Translations under genes and position numbers: made by a program | Part shown: piece after piece, positions 51,950 to 62,569 of the stretch | Layout: each line of letters starts with the position of its first letter | Numbering within the stretch: position 1 is the first letter of the stretch | Notes under the pieces: model-generated | Told to the model about the DNA's origin: nothing | Seen by the model: only the letters and a program-made list of their open reading frames with translations | Databases searched by the model: none | Source of the DNA: an uncultured delta proteobacterium | GTDB taxonomy: Bacteria; Desulfobacterota; Desulfomonilia; Desulfomonilales; Desulfomonilaceae | Assembly: GCA_963789265.1 (NCBI GenBank) | Contig: CAWBKB010000001.1 | Coordinates: forward strand, 2,496,001 to 2,560,000 | Length of the DNA: 64,000 nucleotides | Reading direction: 5' to 3'

Positions 51950-54904
51950 TCACCCCGCTGCCCGCTTCTTCCTGTTGCTGGCCCGAGCAGGGACTTTCTT
52001 CGTAGTGGTCGCAAAAGCCAGGGGCTTGGTTTCGGATTCAGCTTCTCCTGCAATGGGATCCACTGAAAATGGGCGATATCCCTTTTCGTTCTTGAGCACC
52101 TCTCTAAGGTAAAGGCCGGTGTAAGAACCGGGTGTAACCGCTATCTTCTCCGGAGATCCGGTGCCGATCAGCTTGCCGCCTTCTTCCCCCCCTTCAGGGC
52201 CAAGATCGATGATATAGTCGGCAACCTTTATCACGTCCATGTTATGCTCGATCACAACCACCGTGTTACCCGCGTCCACCAGGCTTACCAGCACGTCAAG
52301 AAGCTTGCGCACGTCCGCGAAGTGAAGGCCCGTCGTCGGCTCATCCAGGATGTAGAGAGTTCGGCCGGTACTGCGTTTGGAAAGCTCCTTGGAAAGCTTG
52401 ATCCGCTGCGCCTCGCCACCGGAAAGGGTCGTTGCAGGCTGCCCCAGCTTGATGTAGCCAAGCCCGACCGCTTGAACGGTCTGGAGCTTGTTGGCTATGG
52501 ATGGAATGTTCCCCATGAATTCGTACGCCTGGCTCACGGTCATGTCCAGGACATCCGATATGTTTTTTCCCTTGTATTTGATGTCGAGGGTTTCACGATT
52601 GTAACGCTTTCCATGACAAACGTCGCACTTCACGTAAACGTCCGGCAGAAAGTGCATTTCAATTTTTATGATCCCATCCCCACGACAGGCTTCGCACCGC
52701 CCTCCTTTGACGTTGAAACTGTAACGACCCGGCTTGTAGCCTCGAACGCGAGACTCGGGGATGTTGGCGAATAGGTCTCGAACGAACGTGAACACACCCG
52801 TGTACGTCGCAGGGTTGGACCGAGGTGTCCGCCCTATGGGGCTCTGGTCGATGTCAATAACCTTGTCGATGAAAGAAATGCCTTCGATCGCGTCCACTTC
52901 TCCCGCTTTCTGTCGGCTGCGGTAAAGCCGCTGTGACAGGACTCGATGCAAAATGTCCACCACGAGGGTACTCTTGCCGGAGCCGGACACTCCGGTCACG
53001 CACGTGAACAGTCCCAGAGGGATAGCCACATCAATCCCTTTGAGATTATTGGCACGGGCTCCCCGTATGACAAGCTTCTTTCTGCCGGGCGTGCGTCGAC
53101 GCTGCGGTATGGGGATGAACTCTCGACCGGACAAGTACTTTCCGGTCAACGATGTCTCAGATTCCAGAATATCCTCCGGCCTTCCCGAAAAGACGACTTC
53201 CCCACCCATCCGGCCTGCACCCGGGCCCATGTCAATCACGTGATCCGCGCTGAGAATCGTCTCCGGATCGTGTTCGACCACGAGCACTGAGTTCCCTTGG
53301 TCTCTGAGGTTCACAAGTGTCGAGAGAAGGCGCTGGTTGTCCCGCTGGTGAAGTCCGATGCTCGGCTCATCGAGTATATAGAGGACACCTACAAGAGAAG
53401 AGCCGACCTGCGTCGCCAGCCTGATCCTCTGAGATTCGCCCCCGGAAAGCGTCGCCGAACTCCTGTCCAGAGTGAGATAGCCCAGGCCGACCTTTTCCAG
53501 GAAGCCAAGACGATCGCGTATCTCTTTGAGCACTCGTCGGGCGATTTCCATGCGCCGGTCGTCCAGCTTGAGATCCGCTATAAAGTCCGAGGCCTGCCGA
53601 ACTGAAAGAGCGGTCAACTTGTGTATGGGCATGTCCCCCATCAGCACGAACCGAGCCTCTTTTTTCAGCCGCGCTCCGCCGCATGAGGGGCACGCGACCA
53701 TGCTCATGTACCGCCCTAATTCATCATCCAAGTTGTCCTTTTCTGCTTCGCGATATCTGCGGTCCAGGTTCGGGATAGCCCCCTCGTAGGTCTTCCGGAA
53801 GAAGTGCCTTCGGCCATCCCGCTCATAATAGAAATCAATCTCTTCTTCGCCTGAGCCGAAGAGAAGCATGTTCTGTATTTTTTGGGGGAGTTCTCCGAAC
53901 GGCGTGTCGATGTCAAAGCTGTAATGCTTCGCCAGGGCGTCAAGCATCTGATAGTAGAAGATCGAACTGCGATGAGCCCAAGGAGCAATGGCTCCCCGTC
54001 GAAGGGACAGGCCGGGATCGGGGACCACAAGATCCGGATCGAATAGTACCTGAATGCCTAACCCGCCGCACGCTTCACACGCGCCGAAAGGGTTGTTGAA
54101 GGAGAATAATCTGGGAGATATTTCTCCTAAAGATACCCCGTGCTCGGGACAAGCAAAATTCTCACTGAAGAGGTGGATCGGACCGCCCTCCTCTTCCACC
54201 AGGGCTGTCCCTTGACCCAGACGCACCGACGTCTCCAGGGAATCTGCGAGGCGCTTTTCTATTCCGTGCTTAACCACCAGGCGATCCACCACCACCTCGA
54301 TGGAATGTTTCTTCTTTTTGTCCAGGCGAATCTCTTCAGAAAGGTCCCGGGGCTCGCCGTCGACCTTCACCCGGACAAACCCCTCCCGCGCCAGGTGCTG
54401 CAACTCCTTGTGGTACTCCCCTTTGCGGCCGCTCACCACGGGTGCCATTAAGTGAACCCTGGTCCCCGTGGGGAATTCCATTATCCGGTCGACCATTTGC
54501 TGAATGGTCATGGAACTTATAGGGCGCCCGCACTCCCAGCAATGAGGAATTCCCACTCGAGCGTACAGTAATCGCAGATAATCATATACTTCTGTAACCG
54601 TACCAACTGTGGAACGCGGGTTTTTCGATGTGGTCTTCTGCTCGATACTAATAGCCGGAGACAGACCTTCAATCAGATCGACATCCGGCTTGTCCATCAT
54701 CTCCAGAAACTGTCGCGCGTACGCTGACAGTGATTCGACGTATCGCCGCTGCCCTTCGGCATAGATGGTATCAAACGCCAGCGTAGACTTCCCGGATCCC
54801 GACAAGCCGGTGATAACGACCAGCTTGTCCCGGGGAATCTTTAGGTCAATATTCTTGAGATTATGTTCTCGAGCCCCTCTGATGACTATTTCTTTTGCTG
54901 CCAC
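51950..54904 (-). CDS. uvrA: Excinuclease ABC subunit A
   Basis: [22 protein letters not shown] twice, GVSGSGKS, zinc fingers. Confidence 0.99.
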   Translation of the reverse strand: MAAKEIVIRGAREHNLKNIDLKIPRDKLVVITGLSGSGKSTLAFDTIYAEGQRRYVESLSAYARQFLEMMDKPDVDLIEGLSPAISIEQKTTSKNPRSTVGTVTEVYDYLRLLYARVGIPHCWECGRPISSMTIQQMVDRIMEFPTGTRVHLMAPVVSGRKGEYHKELQHLAREGFVRVKVDGEPRDLSEEIRLDKKKKHSIEVVVDRLVVKHGIEKRLADSLETSVRLGQGTALVEEEGGPIHLFSENFACPEHGVSLGEISPRLFSFNNPFGACEACGGLGIQVLFDPDLVVPDPGLSLRRGAIAPWAHRSSIFYYQMLDALAKHYSFDIDTPFGELPQKIQNMLLFGSGEEEIDFYYERDGRRHFFRKTYEGAIPNLDRRYREAEKDNLDDELGRYMSMVACPSCGGARLKKEARFVLMGDMPIHKLTALSVRQASDFIADLKLDDRRMEIARRVLKEIRDRLGFLEKVGLGYLTLDRSSATLSGGESQRIRLATQVGSSLVGVLYILDEPSIGLHQRDNQRLLSTLVNLRDQGNSVLVVEHDPETILSADHVIDMGPGAGRMGGEVVFSGRPEDILESETSLTGKYLSGREFIPIPQRRRTPGRKKLVIRGARANNLKGIDVAIPLGLFTCVTGVSGSGKSTLVVDILHRVLSQRLYRSRQKAGEVDAIEGISFIDKVIDIDQSPIGRTPRSNPATYTGVFTFVRDLFANIPESRVRGYKPGRYSFNVKGGRCEACRGDGIIKIEMHFLPDVYVKCDVCHGKRYNRETLDIKYKGKNISDVLDMTVSQAYEFMGNIPSIANKLQTVQAVGLGYIKLGQPATTLSGGEAQRIKLSKELSKRSTGRTLYILDEPTTGLHFADVRKLLDVLVSLVDAGNTVVVIEHNMDVIKVADYIIDLGPEGGEEGGKLIGTGSPEKIAVTPGSYTGLYLREVLKNEKGYRPFSVDPIAGEAESETKPLAFATTTKKVPARASNRKKRAAG

Positions 54905-55292
54905 TTTAGATCCTGACCTCTATGGGGACACAGAAATTATTCTAGGCGAGCGCGCGGGCCTTGCTACATAAGACCACCCGAGAGTGCATCAAGGTTCCGA
55001 AGAGGCCGCCTCGGCTTTCGGAACGCACTATAATAAATGACCTTCCGAGTGTGAGCCCGGAGCCTACCAGCAACAGTGCAAGAAATGCAGAAAGAAGTCG
55101 CCTCCCCGATGCCGGCCAACTCGTCGGAACATTCATTATCTATTTTTTTTCTTTTTCATCAGCGTGATATCCAAAAACTATAAACTATTTCTTGACTCAG
55201 TGTTTGGGACGTGTTATCTGCGCATTGTTTTCTGAGAGGCGGGCATGTCGGACCCCCTCTCGTGTTTCACCTTTCCTGTAGGAGGTATGGTT

Positions 55293-55721
55293 ATGCTGTT
55301 CTCTTTTTGTAATCCGGCCGCTGGAGTTTCCGAACCTCCCGGTGACTTCAACAGCAATTACCGTTATCTAAAAAAACTTATTAACCAGGCCCTTAAGGAG
55401 GGGACTCCCATAGAGGACCTTAACCTGGTCCCAAGACACTGTTCCACTTCTCCGCCCAGGAAGCTCTCCCGAGAAGATCTCCTCAAGCTCCTGCACACAA
55501 TCAGGAGGATCAAAACCCGCTATCAGAGACTATTGCAGTCTCCGGTTCCCCGAGAACTGGAAAGGGACATCCTGGCGAAGTCGCCCGAACAACGTTTACC
55601 CTGGGAGAACGAGGCCCTGGAAAAGGCAGAACAGTGGCGGCTGGCCGTGAATGCCGTTCGCTCACAGGTCCAAGCGGAATTGAACGACCACCTTAAAGGG
55701 GAGTTTTTTCGCGGACTTTGA
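55293..55721 (+). CDS. Hypothetical protein
   Basis: Open frame with AGGAGG RBS; helical composition. Confidence 0.55.
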   Translation: MLFSFCNPAAGVSEPPGDFNSNYRYLKKLINQALKEGTPIEDLNLVPRHCSTSPPRKLSREDLLKLLHTIRRIKTRYQRLLQSPVPRELERDILAKSPEQRLPWENEALEKAEQWRLAVNAVRSQVQAELNDHLKGEFFRGL

Positions 55722-55748
55722 ACCGACCAAAGCCTTCCCAGTGACGGA

Positions 55749-56841
55749 CTATTCCGGGTACTGATCAAAAAGCTTTCCCCATTTGCTCGTCTTCTTGAAG
55801 GCCTGCATTTGGGGTTTTGCTTTTAGGGGCCAATATACATAATCGTGATAAAAAAAGGATCCGAAAACGAAAGCATAAACCAGAGGGGTCCTGAAAAATA
55901 GCTTCTGAAGAGGTCTCAGCGGCCCGAACCAGATAAAGTTTCCCACTGCGGAAGCAGCGTTGTTTCCCACAGTGAAGCCCCAGTCCTCTTGTGAAATATC
56001 TTCGCCCACAACCTCAATCTCTTCCAGAAGCCCCTTACCCAAGCCGGATTCATGGGCTATGCGAATGAACTTCAGGGTCATGGGGTCAAACCCCATCATC
56101 TTGGCTGCTACAGCATCTATGGCCGTGCTATCGCCGGCAGCGAGAATCAAATCCTTTTCCACAGGGAACATGGTCCGGGGACCGGGTCCCCTACCGCAGA
56201 CTGTTCCGTCCATGACGGTAAAGATCCCGGCGTGAATCTCCTTTTGGATGTCAAGCAGATCATTTAGGGTCTCATGGATCACCGAGTGAGTATAATGGCG
56301 TCTTGAAGTGAGCAGCCCACCAAAGGCGTTCTTCATGGATCCCGTAGTCCCCGTATATATGTGACACTTGACAGTGGGGAGATGGTACTATGTTTTTTCC
56401 TATGAAGTACTCCGGAATCCGCATGCCGTCAGGGAAAATTTCGTTGAGAACGCGCATCCGGGCCTTGGGTGTGTATGCGGTCCAGCGGACATCAGTTTCT
56501 TTGAAATTGTAAAGTACCGGAATCTTGTACCTGTCAAAGATCGGCACATACTTGTTCAGCCGCTCACCTTTCCACGCGTTGGTCACGACTGTTTCGTTCT
56601 GCACACAAACGATCTTTTCGTAACCCGCGTCCTTTAGAGCAAGTATCACCCCTTCCAGTTGCCAGGGCGTGGTGTTTGCGCCTAGAAAGGGAAAGTGCCA
56701 AGAGATGTTGTCCTTGAGAATTACCGGCGCGGATGGATCGAGATAATCTCGAAAACGAGCCTGCTCCATCGCGACCCTAACGTCTTGCAGCACGGTTTCA
56801 GGTTGTGTTCTCTTGACGGCTACTATCGGCTTTTCGTTCAT
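55749..56841 (-). CDS. DUF362 family protein; +1 frameshift near 56385
   Basis: LKDNISWH...ANTTPW, restored HLPTVKCH...TGSMKNAFG, DGT...G.GP, AIDAV. Confidence 0.85.
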
Positions 56842-56862
56842 CTTCTCCTCTGTTGGATCTAA

Positions 56863-57876
56863 TCAATCTAGGGACTCTTTGAAAACTCGTCCCAAGACAC
56901 CCAGAATATGCAGGCCCTTATTGGACTCGCCGAAATCGCCGAAGGAGCCTGACAGCACGGCGGCGTCGCTTTTGGACTCTGCTCCCTTGAGCTTCATGAG
57001 TATTTCCTCGTCTTTCAGTCTCTCGATGTCCGCGGCTTTGGCCTTTTGCAAACCCCCGTGGGCCACGAAGTCCATGATCTTTTCCATTTCACCCGGATCA
57101 AACCATATACCGTGCCCGTGACAAGTATCTATGATGATGCCGGAAATTTTGGCGAAATTTGTCCTGTTCATCATATTTCGGCAGACCGGGCATCTCACGT
57201 ACCGAACCGTGGCCGCAGGCGACACTTGCGCCTTTTGAGCCGGGCTTATGGGAAATACTACCCTATCCGATCTGTCTTGCATCATTTCAAACGTTTCGTC
57301 GGGAATGAAGAAACCTCCACACTGACGGCATCCGACCACTGAAAAGTCCCCGATCTGCACTTCCCGCATCGGGACCTCGCAACGAGGGCATAGTCGATTC
57401 TCCAGGATCGCACCCTCATGTTCGACTCCCTCCAACGGCCGCGCGCAGCGTATGCAAAACCGGGCGTCAGCCGGGGTCGCGGCAAAGCAGTGGGGGCAAT
57501 GGATAGTCTTTCCTCCGAGTGAGAAGTCCAGGTGCGCCCCACAGTACTCGCAAGCCTTGACTCCGCGTTCCACCGAAGCCCCACACGAAGGGCAGTGGAG
57601 AACTAATCCAGTGTCAAGGCTCACTGACTCCTTTCTTTCCAATTCGGAATCATGTGATCCTCCTGTGCGGCCAAATCGGATTCTCAAGTTTTCTTCCCGT
57701 TTGGAGAGAGTTTCCGGTGTAATCTCACCTCTTCCCTTGAGGATTCCCACAACGCGGGTCATCTGAGAGTGACCCAGGGAAAACTTCTGTTGCAACTCCT
57801 CTTCCGAACAGCCCCGAATGAAATCATCAAGGAAGCTCTTTACGTTTACTCTTTTTCCGCTTTCGTCTCGGCTCAC
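56863..57876 (-). CDS. Multi-zinc-ribbon protein (double zinc ribbon plus two zf-TFIIB-like units)
   Basis: CPSC/CEYC, CPHC/CIRC, CPRC/CRQC.G.F, CPVC/C..HGIWFD.GE. Confidence 0.85.
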   Translation of the reverse strand: MSRDESGKRVNVKSFLDDFIRGCSEEELQQKFSLGHSQMTRVVGILKGRGEITPETLSKREENLRIRFGRTGGSHDSELERKESVSLDTGLVLHCPSCGASVERGVKACEYCGAHLDFSLGGKTIHCPHCFAATPADARFCIRCARPLEGVEHEGAILENRLCPRCEVPMREVQIGDFSVVGCRQCGGFFIPDETFEMMQDRSDRVVFPISPAQKAQVSPAATVRYVRCPVCRNMMNRTNFAKISGIIIDTCHGHGIWFDPGEMEKIMDFVAHGGLQKAKAADIERLKDEEILMKLKGAESKSDAAVLSGSFGDFGESNKGLHILGVLGRVFKESLD

Positions 57877-58057
57877 GCTGGACCTCGCAAGGTGTCGCTA
57901 CCATCGGATACATGATACCCTCGTACGCACTCGATATTCAACCATGTAGTGGGGCTACCGGAAACGACATCGTACCGCAATATCGGACCTCGACTGATTG
58001 GCCGATTCTACGCGATCGTACGTTTCGGGCCCGGCTTCTGAAAGGGCTCGACGAATC

Positions 58058-58086
58058 TTGACAAAGGCTCGTGTTGAAGGTATTTT
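58058..58086 (+). promoter_or_regulatory. Sigma70 promoter of tRNA-Lys
   Basis: TTGACA-N17-TATTTT 14 nt upstream of the tRNA. Confidence 0.75.
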
Positions 58087-58100
58087 TAGACCTTCCGGGA

Positions 58101-58176
58101 GGGCCGTTAGCTCAACTGGTAGAGCAACTGACTCTTAATCAGTAGGTTTGGGGTTCGAGCCCCCGACGGCCCACCA
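58101..58176 (+). tRNA. tRNA-Lys(CTT)
   Basis: GGGCCGT/ACGGCCC acceptor, ACTGA-CTCTTAA-TCAGT anticodon arm, GGTTCGAG T-loop, encoded CCA. Confidence 0.97.
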
Positions 58177-58183
58177 AAAAGAC

Positions 58184-59326
58184 TCAACATTCCGCTATGT
58201 TGGTAACACAATTGTGGCGGATGTTTTTCTTTAGGATAATGAGTGCGGGACTTTTGCGGGACTCCTCACCACAGATCTTGTTCGCCGCGAGGGTTAGGTT
58301 CTCCAGTTCCGCTTGAGAATAGTGGGTGGTAATACGGGCCGACTTGTGACCCAACAGATCTTGGCGGTCTTCAAAGCAAACGCCGGCAGCCCGCAACCTT
58401 CGCCCAAAAGTATGTTTGAGGTCGTGAACTCGTACATCAGGTAATCCTGCCCTCTCCCTTGCCGACCTCCATGCCTCTCGACACATTTTACGGACCGGCC
58501 TGCCTTTACTGTTTACAAAGATGAATCCCTTATGCTGGCCTCGCATCTCTTCGATCACTGCCTTCGCAACTCGATTTAGGACCACTAGTCTATCCTCTCG
58601 ATTCTTAACCCTGTGGGCAGGAATAATGAAGAGGCTGGTATCAAGTTCGGGTACGCGTACCTCACACTCCCATCGGAGATTACATACCTCTTGATCACGG
58701 CATACCGTATTGACTGCAAATAGAGCCATTTTTGCCAGGTAAGGGAGTAGCTGATTGAAGAGACGGACCTGCTCCTGCCATGACAACGGGTAAGGCTCCT
58801 TCTTATCGTCTTCCCTCAGCAATTTGATTTTAGGAGCGTGAGCCAGCCACGTCATACCGAACTCATCCATCCATTCCCGCGAGGCAAGGTTAAGTATATG
58901 GCGAACAGTCTGGAGCGCGTAGTTGATCGTACGCGCTTTAATTATCTTTTTCCTGTCTTCTTTCTTGCCCTTTAGAGCCCGCTTCCGCGCGTCAATGAAC
59001 GGTTGCAGACTCCCCATGTGGACCGCTTCCAACTGCAAATCTCCTATGAATGGATCCAGCTGTGCCAAGTGACGCGCGTCTTCGCGCAGGGTGGCTTTAG
59101 ACGCTTCGTTGAGATATTTCGTCGCAGCTTGACGCCACGTGCGCTTGGGCCGTACGCCGAATATGTCAGCCTGCCGGACCTCATCTATACGACGAGCTAG
59201 ATACTCTTCCGCTTTCTCGATTTCGCTTTCCCCAGTGCTCTCGCAAATTCTTCTTCCTCGGACAATTTTGTCGATATGCCAGATGCCCTTCCAGTTGATA
59301 AGACCGACGACTTTCTTTCGTCCCAT
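58184..59326 (-). CDS. Tyrosine recombinase / phage-type integrase
   Basis: NT.CR..E (R), VKN (K), HDLKHTFGRR, LLGH, T.HY; ends 8 nt from the tRNA 3' end. Confidence 0.93.
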   Translation of the reverse strand: MGRKKVVGLINWKGIWHIDKIVRGRRICESTGESEIEKAEEYLARRIDEVRQADIFGVRPKRTWRQAATKYLNEASKATLREDARHLAQLDPFIGDLQLEAVHMGSLQPFIDARKRALKGKKEDRKKIIKARTINYALQTVRHILNLASREWMDEFGMTWLAHAPKIKLLREDDKKEPYPLSWQEQVRLFNQLLPYLAKMALFAVNTVCRDQEVCNLRWECEVRVPELDTSLFIIPAHRVKNREDRLVVLNRVAKAVIEEMRGQHKGFIFVNSKGRPVRKMCREAWRSARERAGLPDVRVHDLKHTFGRRLRAAGVCFEDRQDLLGHKSARITTHYSQAELENLTLAANKICGEESRKSPALIILKKNIRHNCVTNIAEC

Positions 59327-59553
59327 GGCTTATTTACACCTTTCTGCTTGCCGGGACGACCGTTGCGAGCCTTATACTCTTCAAACAAGTTGTCCAAGTC
59401 AAGCCGATCAAATCCAACGCCCTGATCTCCGATGGGGAATTCGGTCAGGGAGGGACGGACTTCTCGATCAAATCGATTCTTGTACATTCCCAGATACGTA
59501 GCTGCGTGCCTGAGTCGAATCACCCTTGGCATTAGGATTACGTTGGATGCCAT
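59197..59553 (-). CDS. Excisionase-like small DNA-binding protein overlapping the integrase start
   Basis: PRVIRLRHAATYLGM....F...VRP...FDRLDLD; GGAGG RBS. Confidence 0.7.
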   Translation of the reverse strand: MASNVILMPRVIRLRHAATYLGMYKNRFDREVRPSLTEFPIGDQGVGFDRLDLDNLFEEYKARNGRPGKQKGVNKPWDERKSSVLSTGRASGISTKLSEEEEFARALGKAKSRKRKSI

Positions 59554-59597
59554 ATCCTCCCTCACCGTATTCATCGGGGCGTGAACATTTCCCCGAA

Positions 59598-59635
59598 TAA
59601 AAAACCCGCTCTCGCCTGAGTGGCGGGAACGGGTC
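59598..59635 (-). terminator. Intrinsic terminator upstream of xis-int
   Basis: Minus strand ACCCGTTCCCGCC-ACTCA-GGCGAGAGCGGGT followed by a T-run. Confidence 0.6.
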
Positions 59636-59733
59636 ATGAGAGTCCCTTGCACTTTTAGCGAGAATTTCTAACGCGCCTTAGCAAGCCATGCTTCAAATCG
59701 GCGCCAAACCATTTTTTTATGATGACAAACTTC

Positions 59734-60747
59734 TCAAAGTCGTCCCGACCTATGTTTGCTTCCCACTCCTTGATAAGCCAATTTCAAGCTGCCTTCGGCA
59801 AGTTGAGCCAATCTTCCTCCAGGGCTTTCTGAAGATTCGGATTCAACCACAGACATTCTGTCTTGAGAACTTTCAGTCCCTTTGGGGTCGGGATCGTCTT
59901 CATTTTCGTCGCGGTTTTCAGCCTGGTCCATTTCCAACAGAACCTTGGAGATCTGCGATTGAGAAAGGCCCTTTGCTTTAGGAAGCTTCTCCTTGAGCTC
60001 CTGGGATATCTTTGCCTCAGAAGCCCCTTGCGCGTGGAGTTCCACAATCAACTCTTCCTTGTCTTATTAAAAATCCTCAACTAGATCGCTTACATAAGCC
60101 TTGAAGACCTTACGGCTAATCTTGATGAGCTTCGCCAATTCTTGGACCGGAGCGCCTGGATTGTCCTGGTACACCTGACGAGCTATCTTCTTGTAGTCTT
60201 CGGATGTGAGGGGCTTGCCGTGCTTCAGGTTGTCTTTCATGGCGAAGATCATTGGATGTATATCCGGTGGGATGGGGTCGATGGAGCACACCAAGCTGTT
60301 CAATTCAGTGTCCGAGATAGGTGGCAAAGGATCGTCGTAAAAGTCCCCAACGAGTTTGCCAGTGTACACGTCTCGGCGAAGGTAGTACGCCTCGAAACGG
60401 TGTACGCGTTTCAAGACTCTGTATTTCTCTTTCCCTATGGCCTCTATTGTGATCGGCGGAGGCCGTTCTCCACGGATGAGAGCGGCTGCATACTGTTTCA
60501 CGGTGTACTTGTCCAACGAGGCACGAGGGAATATAGAGCCGTCAACTTCGATCTGATCCAAGGGAACTCTTGTGGAGCCATCCGTCCTAATTTCGGATTC
60601 GGGATTGGGGGTTGCAGACATGTGAGAAGGAGCCGTATCTCCCTCGGTCTCAGTATACGAGTTTTCCGCTCCTGTTTTTGGGCCATTTGGGTGACGTTCC
60701 GGAACAGGAACGGTCAAGTTTTCCCCTTGAATTGCTTGTGCTTTCAA
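59734..60747 (-). pseudogene. ParB/Srx-like N-domain plus HTH protein interrupted by in-frame TAA TAA at 60064-60069
   Basis: VPLDQI....FPR..LD...V..YA......PPI.......VL..VHRF.A; N.KHG.PL; ORFs 60067-60747 and 59734-60051 share one frame. Confidence 0.6.
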
Positions 60748-60781
60748 CTTTCATGCCTCCTCTTTTTGAGATGTAGGCGTG

Positions 60782-61092
60782 ACGCCAACTTCTTTTCAAC
60801 GGAGCCGGAACAATCGGAAGAGACCCAGAGATATATCGACGGCAGAATGGATGTGGAAAGCCTCAGGCTTGAACTTGCTAAGAGAGTGGAAGCGGAAAAG
60901 CAAGGCACGAAGAGGCGAGCAAAATTCGCACGCCAATATGACTTGTTCGTGAATCTGCACCGGTTACTAGGGGAAGTGGACTCAGAAAAGAAGGCATTCA
61001 GGATTCTTTCGCAACAGCTAGGAGTCAATCAGAAGACTGTACTTCGAGACCTTGCCGCGATCAGGATGTACTTGAGTTCTCTCTTTCAATAG
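60782..61092 (+). pseudogene. C-terminal HTH fragment, probably a 5'-truncated ECF-like sigma factor
   Basis: LSQQLGVNQKTVLRDLAAIR resembles sigma region 4; followed by a zf-HC2 gene. Confidence 0.45.
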
Positions 61093-61111
61093 TCAAAAAG
61101 GACAAAGGACC

Positions 61112-61447
61112 ATGTTTTTTTTCTTTTTTCCGCAATTTGCCGAAGCTTTGAAAAGCGACAAAACTTTTATGGACCTGCTGCGGCGCGATGCTCAGTCCAA
61201 AAAAAGCGAGCAGAAGGTCGCTCTATTCTTTCATCCAGACGTGGACACGCTTCACGACTATGTCCTCGGATCCCTGAGTAACGAACGGATGAGAAAAGTA
61301 ATGGATCACGTCTCTGAATGTGAGAAGTGTGCGCGCAAGGCGCTAGAAATAAGACGATTAGATAAAGAAATGACGAAGGATTTGCGGCATTGGCTAAGAG
61401 GTCCAGGGTCCGAACCCAAAGACTCTTCATACGAGGAACCCAAGTAG
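61112..61447 (+). CDS. zf-HC2 (anti-sigma-type zinc finger) protein
   Basis: HP....L.DYV.G.L......V..HVSECEKC (HxxxCxxC). Confidence 0.7.
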   Translation: MFFFFFPQFAEALKSDKTFMDLLRRDAQSKKSEQKVALFFHPDVDTLHDYVLGSLSNERMRKVMDHVSECEKCARKALEIRRLDKEMTKDLRHWLRGPGSEPKDSSYEEPK

Positions 61448-61663
61448 GTGCGTATAGCTGTATTGGCCTCCCATTAATAATCTTTTATAAGATGTTCGTC
61501 ACCGAACGCCGCCTGCCGGGTGAATGAATTGTGTCGAGTTCAGTGGAGCCCTTTACCGGAAATGACCCTCGGCACATTTCCGGTAAACTAATAGGCTGAA
61601 ATGCGGATGACCGGTCTTGAGAATTCTGGATAGCCAGGTGGTTGATATGTGGCCTGTTTATTT

Positions 61664-61707
61664 TGGCGTCCCCAAGGGGATTTGAACCCCTGTCGCCGGC
61701 GTCAAAG
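61664..61707 (-). other. 3' half of tRNA-Glu (att-site duplication)
   Basis: Minus strand ACGCCGGCGACAGGGGTTCAAATCCCCTTGGGGACGCCA; no 5' half upstream. Confidence 0.8.
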
Positions 61708-61919
61708 AAATCTTACATAGTTTCGATATGTTATTATGAACGCCTTTTCTGCTAAGTATTTCAGGACTTGCCGATTTTAGACATGAATGAATTATAGATC
61801 TTTTTTCCCTTTTTGGGAAGATTTTTTCCAAAAAAGGCCCCCATGAGGGCCCCCATGAATTCATGACCCGGCGATGTCCCCCCTTTCCCTCTCAGGTCGC
61901 TGGGTAATATGTTGTGTAA

Positions 61920-62503
61920 TTGTCGCCAACCCTGCCGTTTGACCAGTGGCTAATTCGTGCCATAACTATATCACCCATACCGTTTAGCAAGCTCCACAAT
62001 CTCGTGTCGAAGTCTCTGTACGGCATCTTGATGTTCGGGTACGAGCCCTTGGGCAGATCTCGGCTGACTCACTGCCCGACATGCACGCCTCTCCGACACT
62101 CTCAGTTCCTCACGCAGGTGCGAAACACATCTTCGGCGGCGCTCGGGGCTTAGTAGTTTCCCTCAAGCGCCTCCCTCAAGATAAGCTTGTCCAGAGTCAA
62201 GTCGGCAACTGCCCGCTTCAATCGAGCATTCTCCTGTTCAAGCTCCTTCAGACGCCTGGCCTGAGATACCTCCATACCGCCATACTCTTTCCTCCACCGG
62301 TAATAGGTCTGCTCGGTAATCCCCAACTCTCGGCTCACCGGCTTGACGCTTTTACCCTGTGACAGATGGACCTCCGCCTCCCGAAGCATCCTGATGATCT
62401 GCTCCACTGTAAAACGATTCCGCTTCATTCTGACCTCCATATTTAGCCCAGGTCTTACTCTATACTAACTTAGAACTTGGACCAGTTTTTGGGGGTCAGG
62501 CCA
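61920..62503 (-). mobile_element. Truncated IS3-family element (left IR, orfA, decayed orfB start)
   Basis: IR TGGCCTGACCCCCAAAAACTGGTCCA at 62503; G-GGA-AAC slippery site 62156-62162; orfB LSPERRR...VSERRAC with stops. Confidence 0.88.
62150..62428 (-). CDS. IS3-family transposase OrfA
   Basis: RFTVEQII..LRE, GITEQTYYRWRKEYGG, LKELE.EN.RLK. Confidence 0.9.
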   Translation of the reverse strand: MKRNRFTVEQIIRMLREAEVHLSQGKSVKPVSRELGITEQTYYRWRKEYGGMEVSQARRLKELEQENARLKRAVADLTLDKLILREALEGNY

Positions 62504-62569
62504 TTTGGGGGCAAGCCACACAGGTGATCAACTGATGGCTTCCACGATGTGTGCTGAGCAAGTTCAATA

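Larger units (their letters stand above)
58101..61707. mobile_element. Decayed integrative element at tRNA-Lys (right boundary uncertain)
   Basis: tRNA-adjacent integrase, xis-like, ParB-like and truncated regulators; no tRNA-Lys repeat found in the window. Confidence 0.7.

Noticed and set aside
60142..60781. N-terminal two-thirds of the 316-aa plus-strand ORF
   Set aside because: Antisense shadow of the ParB-like gene; only the part after about 60782 looks protein-like
61664..61707. Functional tRNA-Glu gene
   Set aside because: D-arm and 5' acceptor strand are absent; only the 3' half is present
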